Positions 54,301 to 64,000 of a DNA stretch of 64,000 nucleotides are shown here, in pieces. Numbering within the stretch: the stretch's first letter is position 1; the number at the start of each line of letters is the position of its first letter. A model generated the notes under the pieces. The model was not told the DNA's origin, made no database searches, and saw nothing but the letters and a program-made list of their open reading frames with translations. The DNA comes from Marsupella aquatica (Eukaryota > Plantae > Marchantiophyta). The stretch lies in contig OZ316895.1 of assembly GCA_973895155.1 (NCBI GenBank), positions 22,890,558 to 22,954,557 on the forward strand, written 5' to 3'. The position numbers and the translations under genes are program-made.

Positions 54301-55641
54301 ATCAATAACGCTCCATTGATGACCATTTGAATCCAACACACCGAGTGAAATCAGATTCTTACGCATGCCAGGTACATACCTGACTCCGGACACTGTACGC
54401 ACAGCGCCATCAAACATTTGAATCTTCACAGACCCAATTCCCTCAATTTGACAAGAGTGATCATTTCCCATCAGAACTGAACCGTTTGAAATAGAGTAAG
54501 AACTGAAAAACTCACGAATGTAACAAATATGAAAAGAGCAAGCACAATCAAGAATCCACACATCATCTGCTCTCCTAGATGACGTGCACAGGGCATACCC
54601 CCGGTTTCATAAAACATACTCATCATTGAGTAAATCAGCTTCTCCATCAGCCCTAGCCACATTTGCCGATGAAGTTTCCGCTGCCTTTCCCTTACAGTCT
54701 CGCTTGAAGTGTCCAACTTGGTTGCACTTCCAACATGTCACTTGCCTCCTCTGAGGGGATTTACCCTTGGACTTAGATCTGGATTTAGATCTAAACTGGG
54801 TTCTACGGTCCCCAGTTGGTCGCTGCATACTCCTCCCACGGTTAACATTGAGGGCAGCACCAGATGATGAAGGCTGTGACGTGATGTGCATCTTCTGCTG
54901 AAGATCATCACTAAGCAGAGAACTTACCACGTCATTGTATGAAATGGTATCCCTATCACGATGCAACAACACTCGTGATAGGGACTGGTAAGATGGAGGC
55001 AATGAACTAAGAAGCTACAGAGCCTTCGTCTCATCATTCAAAGTCTCCCCAAGGTTTTCCAAGTCAACGACCATGTCGTTGAAAGCATCCACATGGTCTT
55101 GCAACTTCGTACCAGATTCCTTCATCCTGAAACTCATCAATTTGTAGGAAGTGTAGAGCCGGTTCGACAACTCCTTGCGGTGATACTTGCTCTGCAATTC
55201 CGCAAATAAGGACATGCAATCCTTATGTGCACCCAACTGCTTGATGATGGGAGACATGAGATAGAGTGTAACACACCACACTCCCTGCTCCTGCATGCGG
55301 TCCCATTGTTTCTCATCAACATCGTCTTCACGAGGGCTCAGCAGTTGGCCCATCCCTGACGCATAAAGCACTCCCTTCACCTGCTTCTCCCATAGCAAGT
55401 AGTCAGAGCGCCCATCATACTTTGTCACTTCATACTTGGGTCCCCCAAGCTTGAAAGTCCCCATCTTCTTCTTTACCGTGAGCTCCGGTAGTAGTACTGC
55501 TTCCTCCACCACACGCCGCACCGGTGATGGTATCGGTGTCACGTGCTCTTCCTCCTGCTCCTCTCTCTGCCCCTGAAACCTCCGCGGTGACCCTCGTGCT
55601 TCAAGTTCCACGTCTTCGAAAAACTCCTCCGAATCACTCAT
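51349..55641 (-). pseudogene. copia gag-pol polyprotein, single frame with three internal stops
   Basis: ORFs 55641-55015, 55002-54607, 54561-51778 and 51756-51349 are all in one frame. Motifs: zinc knuckle CWKCNQVGHFKRDC, protease WILDCACS, integrase HSRLGH/CEHC/HSDVWGP/SDNGGEY/GVAER, RT QMDVVTAFL/LYGLKQ/YVDDML, RNase H TEAEY/CDSQSA/NPAD. Confidence 0.95.
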
Positions 55642-56782
55642 ATGAGAAAGTCACAAAAAATGTTGTTTTTCACAACTTCTCAAAAAACTCGAAACTCAAC
55701 ACCGCCGCGTAGCCCACAAAGCTAGGAGTCCAATACTGAAAACCGAAATCAAAATCGAAATTTGATGGAAAAGTTATTCAAATTTCGGTCGAGGTGGGTA
55801 AAACCTTGGGAAATTCCCCCGTTTTGACCACCTCAGGGAATAACCGAAATACCAAGTACAACCCGTTGTCGGAATTGCGATGTGATTGGTGCGCTGCATT
55901 GCCAACTTCAATGGCTACGACCTCGCCGAAAAATAACCAAAAAAGTTACCGTTCGGCGGATGAAATCTTTGTCGGACGGTCAAAAAATAGCTCTCTGGTT
56001 TTTTGGAATATTCTATGACCCTTGTACAGGCCCTGTGGGAATTTGGGAAGAACAATCGAGGGGCTGACATGTGTCCTCGAACCCCCAAAACCCCCTACCA
56101 CCCTTCGTCGTCGAAATCTGGTCGCGCGCGCAGAAAATACACACGGCAGAATGTACCCCTCGACACCAAACGCAAGATATCTCACTCGGGTTTTGACTAA
56201 ATCAAGATCCGATTTCAGATTTGGAAACTAGACTCCGAGGTGATGAAGATCGATATAAGAAGCACCCAAAACGAGGAAAGAACGAGGGAGAAAAAAATTG
56301 GTAAAGATGACAGATTTCTCTCAATTGCCATAGCCAATTTCGAATCAGTTTTTCAAAGAGAAAAAAAATGGTACCTTGTCAACAACGAATGTTGATCAAT
56401 TGCACTTGGTGCCGTCACCAAGTCCAACAAGGTAATTGATTTTGCTTAGCCTTCCTCTTTGCATCAAAGAGCCAATCCCGGACTCAAAAACAATCGTCTT
56501 GCCTCAATCTCTCCGTTGAGTCAAAACACTTGACGCTTCTCCCTCTGAGTCGATTGCCAACTTTCTTCACAAAATCCAGAACGACGAAAACTTAGATCTC
56601 TCTGCACCACGAGCTCCGTTCAACGATTTCTTCACACCGTTAGAAAGCTCTTGCCCTGATCTATCCGTTGAGCCCATAAACTCCAAGTTCCATGCGATGG
56701 AACTCTGGAAAATCCACCAACACTCAACGCTGGAAAAACCGTCATGAAATCCCGTCACGAACACACGTCACCTCCCAAGCAT

Positions 56783-56794
56783 GCTCTGATACCA
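56783..56794 (-). promoter_or_regulatory. Primer binding site complementary to initiator tRNA-Met
   Basis: Minus strand TGGTATCAGAGC, 2 nt inside the 5' LTR boundary. Confidence 0.92.
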
Positions 56795-56796
56795 AT

Positions 56797-57253
56797 TGTT
56801 GAGCATAGACGACGATCGCAACGGCAAGCCCATGAACCATCCAACGCACAATAGTCGACACAAGAGATACGTGGTTCACCTCCTTGAGGCTACGTCCACG
56901 GGAACACACAAGAGAGCTTTACTGAACTCTAAGCCCGTCGGCTATACCGAGTCTCCACAGTGTAAGCTCTCCCTATCTCTCAAGTGGCTCCATAACAATG
57001 AGCCTTGGTTCTACCTCTCCAAGCACACATGCCTCTTATGATATAGTGTGCAACATAGTTGTACCTAACCACATAGTTGTACCTAATCACGTAGTTGTAC
57101 CTAATCACGTAGTTGTACCTAACCACATAGTTGTACCTAATCACGTAGTTGTACCTAACCACGTAGTTGTACCTAACCACGTAGTTGTACCAACCCACGT
57201 TGTTGTACCAACCATGTCATACCTAACCTAGACATAAGAGTAAATACCCAACA
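56797..57253 (-). repeat. 5' LTR of copia element (457 bp)
   Basis: Near-identical to 50791-51157 apart from about 4 substitutions and five extra 18-bp repeat units. Confidence 0.95.
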
Positions 57254-58389
57254 AAAACCGTGCAAAACATCCCCAACTTATTGTTCCATCTACAAACATA
57301 TTCATTATGTTCTTTGAACTCATCATGGTTAATCTGGCTTTCCATGCTTGGTTTCCATAACTAACGACCGGGACTGGGCTTGCTTGCAAGCCTTGATTTT
57401 GCAATGCTCGCATTCAAATTATGTATATAACTGGACCACCAATGCTCTGAATGACATTGCAGACGATGGGTATGCCCACTTGGATGAATTTCAAGTTGCA
57501 AGATTATCCCGAACTGCCATGGCTCTAAGGAATTTTTTTGAACCATTGGAGGGTGACTACTCTGCATTTGAAGTCCATGATGACATGGCAGTGCAAGAGA
57601 GTTCTCTTTCTGAAGATGCTCTGAAGTGGATGCGTTGTAAACGTGACAGTCTTTTGTGAGAGGAAGAACACGGGTGGTCACTCTTTCAGACTATGCAGGA
57701 CAATGAGTACCGGAAACGGAAGGCAGAATGAAAGGCAAAGGCCATTCAAACATATAATTATACTCAACATGGTTGCCCTCTACAAGAAACCACAATCTTG
57801 TATCGACGATTTTGCAATGAAATAGGTATTATTTCCATTCCAAGCACGAATGGTATAGATATGTATTGTATAATTACATTAGTTCTCTTGTATTCTGAAA
57901 TTTTTGACAGGGACATGTATTTGCAATCACCGCAGATTGAAGCGGAGGTTGCATGGACCGACACTTCAGACAATGAGCCAATTTCGAAGTTTGATGGCGA
58001 ATGCAAGGACAAGGAACGCATCCTTGATGATCTCGCAACCCAAATGTTTGACACTGTCACTCTACAAGAGGATGCTGATGACACCCGAATGTAATGTTAA
58101 GGATAGCATGTAGGCACATTACATTAGCTAGGCTAAGGGGCTCAACCAAATATTGCCCACCCTTTTTGTTCCGCACACCCGTTTTGTACATAAGAGCGCA
58201 TGTGCCCATTGTAGGTTTTGAAGAATAATGTATTACATACATTGTCATAGCTGACAAGTACACGGATAAGTCAAAAGTAGCAATTTTTGTCTTACTTTTC
58301 AATGGCTTCGTGAGTACAATAATAAATGATTACCTGTTCACTTCTTTGAAACTCCTTGTATATTTTTCATTCGGCTGTAAGCAATTTCA

Positions 58390-58620
58390 GCCATGGATGG
58401 ATGACACCTGTGGTTGGGATGATGCATGATTGAATGAATGACAACACAATGTATTACATGTTCACAAATGGATTCTAAAACACAAATGGTTGGGATGATG
58501 CACGAATGAATGATCTTATAATGTATTACATGTTCCAAAACATGAATTCAGCCATAGATTCTGAAACACGACTGGCTGGGATGACACACGAATGAGTGAC
58601 AATAGAATGTATTACACTTA
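58390..58620. repeat. Degenerate tandem repeat, about 3 copies
   Basis: GG.TGGGATGA..CA.GA.TGA.TGA...ATGTATTACA recurs near 58411, 58488 and 58574. Confidence 0.65.
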
Positions 58621-58699
58621 TCCCCCAAAAGGACCTCCATTCCCAAAGAAGTGAAGTGTTACACAATGGCAAAGTGAATATTGTCACTATTTATCCAAG

Positions 58700-59935
58700 A
58701 TGCTGACTATAACATCGTCAAATGGCTGCTGTGGTAGGGTGACTATTGGTGGACCAGCGGTTCCTCCTCAACCTCAGAAGCCCTAGCGGCCAACGCAAGT
58801 AACCGGTGGTAGAACTCCTCATGAAGCAAAACCCAATCCCCTGACAAAAACCTTTGCAACCTGGCAATGGTCTCTCTATGCCCGACTGGACCCAAACGAG
58901 GAAGGAGGAAGGAGAGTCAACATCCAATGAGGAAGCAAGAGTAGCAAGGACCAGGCATCGACATCAATGGGGTCACGCGCCAGCCAGTCTAAAGGAAGAT
59001 GAAAGGGCACAGGAATCCGGGTATACAAACGAGGATGCCAAAAACCGGGATTGAGGGCAGCAAGGACATCCAGGTGGGCCAGCCAATCCCAGGAAGAAGG
59101 GGGGGCAGACGGGGGAGGTGGAAGGGGGGCAAGGGGAAGCACGGAGGAGGAGGAAGCACGAAGAGCAGGACATGAACGACGATGACGAGTCAGACCAGGC
59201 AGATGGTTGGTACCAACTGTGACAAGCTCATTGAACACGAGAATCGGAAGGAGAAGTGGGGGGGGGGCGAGAGGGATGGAACCGGCGAGCTGAACGAGGG
59301 GTGGAGGGTGAAGCCAAAGGGACAAGAGTGGCAGGGGGAAACTAGGATAGGAGGGAGGTTCCATGGGAAAATGATGGGATAAAGGGTGGGGACAAAGGGA
59401 AAGAAAAGAAATAAAATGTAACGATGAGAAAAGAGTACAAGAACAACACCAGAAAACACGAGCAGAAAAGCATAAACGAAGAAACAAAGCATAAACAAAG
59501 AAACAATGGATGGATGTCCAAGTCAAAGAACCCTCAACCCGGTAGTGGCAAGCCGCGATGAACACCGAAACACCTATTCACCTGAAGGAATGAACAATGG
59601 ATGGATGTCCAAGTCAAAGAACCCTCAACCCGGTAGTGGCAAGCCGTGCTGAACACCGAAACACCTAGTCGCCTGAAGGAACGCCACCAATGACCAAACG
59701 AAAAAACCCGCAAGCGCAGAGCCGGAGTGCAGACGGGTACAGCCCTAGGTGAGGGCCCAGCCCCACCAACCGTACCAGGTCCAGGGCTGTCGAGCCTGAA
59801 TCCGCAAAGGAAAACCGGGGGTCCCAAACCCAAAACTCAACCTAGGGGGGCCCGACCTTCCCGGGCGAAGGGCCGTCCTTCCCGTAGGGTCAGCCCCGGC
59901 GGACGACCTCCGCTCCAGGGAGTCGGGGGACGCCC
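58700..59935 (-). mobile_element. 5' fragment of a probable CRE-clade (RLE-type) non-LTR retrotransposon
   Basis: Minus-strand translation gives a zinc-finger remnant (C..ACHSWY / GLTRHRRSC), then AWSLLLLLPHWML and, after a frameshift, GPVGHRETIARLQRFLSGDWVLL, a motif series I recognise upstream of RT in CRE-like elements. GC-rich 5' UTR with a 91-bp tandem duplication (59502/59593). Begins at an (ATT)5 tract. RT and RLE are absent. Confidence 0.6.
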
Positions 59936-59988
59936 ATTATTATTATTATTACTCCCAGCACCTCCCAGAACGCCCCGCTCGCATAGTC

Positions 59989-59992
<4 letters not shown>

Positions 59993-60022
<30 letters not shown>
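59993..60022 (+). repeat. (GA)15 microsatellite in rpl31 5' UTR
   Basis: Pure GA dinucleotide run ending 15 nt before the ATG. Confidence 0.95.
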
Positions 60023-60026
<4 letters not shown>

Positions 60027-60037
60027 CAGCAGCAGCT

Positions 60038-61214
60038 ATGGCCACGATGGTGGCGACATCATCAGCGTCGATGATTTCTTCTGCTATTCCCACGAAGAAT
60101 GCGGCCTGGACGTCCACAACAACGCCCAGCCCCCGATCCTGCTTCTTCTCAGGCTCGCACTCCCTCCAGGTGGGTGTGCCGAAAAGTTTGTGATGGTTTT
60201 TTTGCCTGATTGCTTTCGGAAATTCGCTGTCACAAGAGCGAACTGTTCTCTTGCTCAATCAGTTCGTTAATTTTTCGCGGATTCCTCTCACGAAGCGAAC
60301 TGTTCGCTTGCTCAATCAATTCATTTTCTGGGATTTCTCTCGGACGGGTCGTGTGACTGGGTGTGTCCCATGTAATTGTGTCCAGCCGCACGAAGCCCCC
60401 CATGTAGATGTGTCCAGCCACACGATGACAAGGAAGAGTTCCGGCTGAACTGGGCAAGGCTTCCTTCGTACCAATTGCTCGTAGTGGTTGCAGACGTGGC
60501 TCCTGCTAGGGTTGTGCTCAGTTCAGCTCAGTTCAGCTCAGCGAAGTAGTCGATGTAGTTAGATTCATTTAACCTGTTTGTCCGCTGTCTCGGAAGATTC
60601 TCATGGGGGCGAATTGCGTTTTCTGATCTGCCCACATATTCTGATTTCGTTATTGGAGGAGGGCAACGAATTCTCCTCTATGTTGTCATAATTGCCCTCG
60701 CGTCCCATCTGAATATATTGATATCGAGCTTCGTTTGTTTAGTTGGTGTTTTTTTCTGCATTATCGAAGTTGAGCCAAGTTTGGACAAGGAAGTTTCAGT
60801 GTTTTTCCTCATACTCCTTGTTCGCATCCGTTTTGTTCTCGTGAGATTTCCCCAAGTCGAGCTTTCCCTGAAGTCATCTGGTTTCAGGTTGATGCAGGGA
60901 ATGCGCGAATAACATGCAGGAAGGAAGGCATTCACCCGAAATTTTACCCATCTGCAGAGGTGTTCTGTAACGGAGAACATGTCATAAGCGTCGGCGGTAC
61001 ACAAGAAAAATATGTGGTAGATGTGTGGTCTGGAAACCACCCGTTCTATCAAGGCAACAAAACTACTCTTCTTCTGGATGCTGATAGAGTGGATAAGTTT
61101 ACACAGCGGTATGGTAGTTTGGGGGGCCTCAGTACTGTTCCAATTTTGGACAAAGGAGAGATCATTTTTGAAAAGAAGAAGAAGTTAGGGAAGGGCAAAG
61201 GTGGCAAGAAGTAG
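60038..61214 (+). CDS. rpl31: Nuclear-encoded plastid 50S ribosomal protein L31 (bL31c), 152 aa, 2 exons
   Basis: join(60038..60169,60888..61214), GT-AG, phase 0. Exon 1 is an S/T/A-rich transit peptide (MATMVATSSAS...). The mature part has RKEGIHPKFY...VFCNGE...YVVDVWSGNHPFYQG...RVDKFTQRYG with a basic tail. Confidence 0.95.
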
Positions 61215-63354
61215 ACTTGAGCTATTGAAATCCTTCTAGTCAATTCCTGGTGTCATCTCAGCATTTGCTGGGTTCAGGATTTTTCAGATCCTGTCTGGTT
61301 ACATGTGCTCTCCAGGTTTGCCTTTGTAGCATATAAGAATTTGAAAGGGTCAAAGATAACTTCTGTTACAGGCTTTGGGACCCAATTTATCCATCTCAAA
61401 TTGCACTAACAATTTGCAGTCTTTTCAATTTTCCTCGTCACTATAATACGATGCGGGGATCCATTTTCAAACGGTGATCAATAATCAAGGGTTTGGAATC
61501 TCAAATCTCACGTACTTGTTGGTTTAACCGCTTGCAAGCATCTCCCTTCTGAGCATGAGGCGGAAAACGCCAGGTTTAGGGTAGCTTACGTGCAGAATGT
61601 CTTTTCCTTCATTGTTCTTGTCTCGCAGAAGAACGTGGTTACGAGTAGGCCCCAATTGTGCTTGAAAGTGACTTTCTTCTGACGGTGAAGAGAATTTCCA
61701 TGTCGTATCCCATCGCTGTTGTGAACTTACGTGACGCAGAGCTCAAGTGAGCTCCTCGTCCTCCACGTCAACAGTAAAGGACCCGGATGTACTAAATTCT
61801 GTCCCGTACTCCCAAAATTATCGATTATGTGGTCCCATCAGGCGTTGCTGCCTGACCCTCCTTAAGCCATACAACTGAACAGCTTCTTTGTGCACTTTCC
61901 GGAGATAAGCAGCAATACTGGTAATTGTACTTTACATTCGGAAAACCCTCCATGATGTCCATAGATAGAAGACCATTCATGAACTGACCTGATCTACTAC
62001 CATTTGTCTGCTCTTAGAAGTGGAGTGCAGGACAATGTGTCAGCACCGTTTACGACACATCGCAGTCGTGGGATGAAATCAATGTAGAGTATCCACTGAA
62101 CGATTTGGGTTTGGATCATCGCAGATTTAATTGCTTCTCTTCCTTTCCCAAGGACAGCAGCTTATGATTATCAAATCTCTTTATAGGACCGATGATGTCG
62201 CGATAAGTATGCTTCTAGATGAAGCTGAAAGTTCTTGCCAATGGGATGTCTACTGCAGTTTTCTAGATGCTTCTAGATCAAGCTGAAAGTTTTGATGTCT
62301 ACTGCAGTTTTCTGCCACGTGACCTCCTTACCTAATTTTGCGTTACGTGTTCCTACTTTGTCGGGTTTAACTAACTTACCTGTTGTGGTCGGTTTTGGAG
62401 GACATGATCTTCATTGCTGGTCGGGACTCCAGGGCTTGTTGTTCAGTTGTATGAGGGTGCATGTTCTGAGAAATCGATAATTTCAATTAGGATAAGTTTA
62501 CTGTCTGGAGCTCTCTCCCTGCAATCGACGAATACTCCTTTTCTTCGGTGAAGTATTCTTTTCTCTTTCCTAAAGTTCCCGGGCAGTGACAAAATGATGA
62601 CAAAATGATGTTCAAAGATAAAAGTTTTAATAACACATACAGCAATGCTGCAGGTTGCCAGCTCCTGGGGGCAAAGTTGTGAGCATATGGCACTTGCCCA
62701 ATGGAAATACATGCATCTGTATGAAACATTGGTCGCCGATCAGTTAGGTGATGCCTCTATGATTATTAGGATACTAAGTAACCTTAGTGAACACAAGAAT
62801 GCCCGGTTCGGGCCTTAAAGTCGGTGTTCCTGCAAAAATTATTGATTTAGATCTCACCCCAGTAATTTCTCTGTAGTTCCATCTCTGGTTACATCCATTG
62901 CATTGCAAAGGGGCACAATACACAATGCCATATATCCTCCTCGATTTATGTGAAGGTGGAGAAACAAGGTCTATGCATCAAGATGTTCGTCAGGCTCCAG
63001 AGCCAGCTGCTTTGATTGGAAGTAGAAAGAAGCAGCCATCAAAGGGTGTCATAGGATTTTGTGCTCTGTCGCTCCATAGTCGACTACCAAGTAAAGTGCA
63101 CCCACCATTCAGGAGTGTACTCTCCCCTTCTAATTCTTAAGGCTGCCCAAGTTAAATGTTGTTTCGATTTACATTTCTCCCGATACCTGATTCATTCAGG
63201 GATCTGTAACTTGTTGCGAACCTTTTGCCGGTGAAGTCACCGTCCAAAAATGTCGGTAAGCACCATTGAAGCGAAAATTCTCCCCTTCGTTTCTACATAC
63301 GCATGAATCAATCGGTCACAACTAAGAATATGACGGCGTGTTCCTCGTAATGGA

Positions 63355-64000
63355 CTAGTGGAATGAAGTGTCGTCGCTTTTCACGGTGGCCGTCACCATG
63401 CCAGTGTTACCGAAGAACAAAGGCAATTGCATACGCTCGGGGGCTGATGTGTAGCTACCATCGACCACCAAATTATGCCCGCTAACATATTTGGATTCAT
63501 CACTGGCAAGGAACAATGCAACGTTCGCAATGTCCTGTGCTGTAGTGACGGTGCTTCGGAGCCCTACTGGCCCTTGGTCGCGGCTGATCAACTCGAGAGG
63601 GACATCTCCGTTGCGCCTCCCATCGCTTGTGGTGGCCTTCACTTTCTCTGCTGTGACAAGAGCAGAAGGGGTGGGCTTGTATCCTGCCAGAGAGTTAGCG
63701 CTCTTGAACAACATTGGCGTGATGACGGCAGCTGGAGATATGGCATTCACTCTGATCTGGTAAGAGCGCAGCTCGGCGGCAGCAGATTTTGTCAAGCCCA
63801 CCAACGCATGCTTGCAAGTAGTGTAACAATGCGGAGCGAATCCTGCCAAGACAGAAGCCACACTAGCTGTGTTGATGATGGACCCGCCTCTTTCTGCGGC
63901 CCTCATGATTCTCGTGGCGTGCTTGATACCCAGAAAGTAGGACTTGATCAAGACTTGCACCGTGCGGTCCCAATCGTCTCCTTCAATCTTCTCAATGGGG
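63355..64000 (-). CDS. Short-chain dehydrogenase/reductase (classical SDR), 5' part outside window
   Basis: Open frame from the window edge to TAG at 63355. Motifs GSIINTAS, YTTCK (YxxxK), IRVNAISP, DIANVALFLASDESKYVSGHNLVVDG. Confidence 0.93.
   Translation of the reverse strand, partial: PIEKIEGDDWDRTVQVLIKSYFLGIKHATRIMRAAERGGSIINTASVASVLAGFAPHCYTTCKHALVGLTKSAAAELRSYQIRVNAISPAAVITPMLFKSANSLAGYKPTPSALVTAEKVKATTSDGRRNGDVPLELISRDQGPVGLRSTVTTAQDIANVALFLASDESKYVSGHNLVVDGSYTSAPERMQLPLFFGNTGMVTATVKSDDTSFH

Larger units (their letters stand above)
50791..57253 (-). mobile_element. Full-length Ty1/copia LTR retrotransposon (6463 bp), coding-defective
   Basis: Two TG...CA LTRs, 5-bp TSD AAAAC (50786-90 and 57254-58), PBS TGGTATCAGAGC, PPT next to the 3' LTR, domain order gag-PR-IN-RT-RH. 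Confidence 0.98.
49475..58100 (+). pseudogene. Decayed spliced gene of unknown function, interrupted by the copia element
   Basis: Putative exons 49475-49511, 49600-50567, 50748-50790 joined to 57259-57825, and 57911-about 58100. The frame is preserved across the 50567/50748 splice and across the insertion once one AAAAC copy is removed. Several TGA/TAA stops and at least one frameshift. Confidence 0.65.

Noticed and set aside
56980-57231. Repeat proteins (YNYVVR)n / (VVVPNH)n
   Set aside because: Translations of the 18-bp LTR minisatellite, not genes.

Overview
Eukaryotic nuclear DNA from an early-diverging land plant (bryophyte-like, probably a liverwort; inferred from the ROP sequence, spliceosomal GT-AG introns and TE content). 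Four host genes are recognisable: a 7-exon type-I ROP/RAC GTPase (minus, 18807-20789), a 13-exon TPLATE-complex muniscin-like subunit TML (minus, 36162-42203), a 2-exon plastid ribosomal protein L31 (plus, 60038-61214) and the 3' part of a short-chain dehydrogenase cut by the window end (minus, 63355-64000). The rest is TE- and repeat-rich. It holds a full-length but stop-codon-disabled Ty1/copia element (50791-57253, AAAAC TSD) inserted into a coding exon of a decayed multi-gene block (about 46.2-58.1 kb) that includes an RPA70-like OB-fold pseudogene. It also holds a related solo LTR, a TA-flanked MITE, a probable CRE-clade non-LTR retroelement fragment abutting the rpl31 leader, an LTR-like segment with a palindromic repeat/spacer array, a mitochondrial rrn26 NUMT, a tRNA-like relic and many minisatellites. 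All homology calls come from motif recognition by eye; no searches were run. I found no unambiguous intact novel system. The best candidates for follow-up are the decayed multi-gene block and the CRE-like element at the rpl31 promoter.
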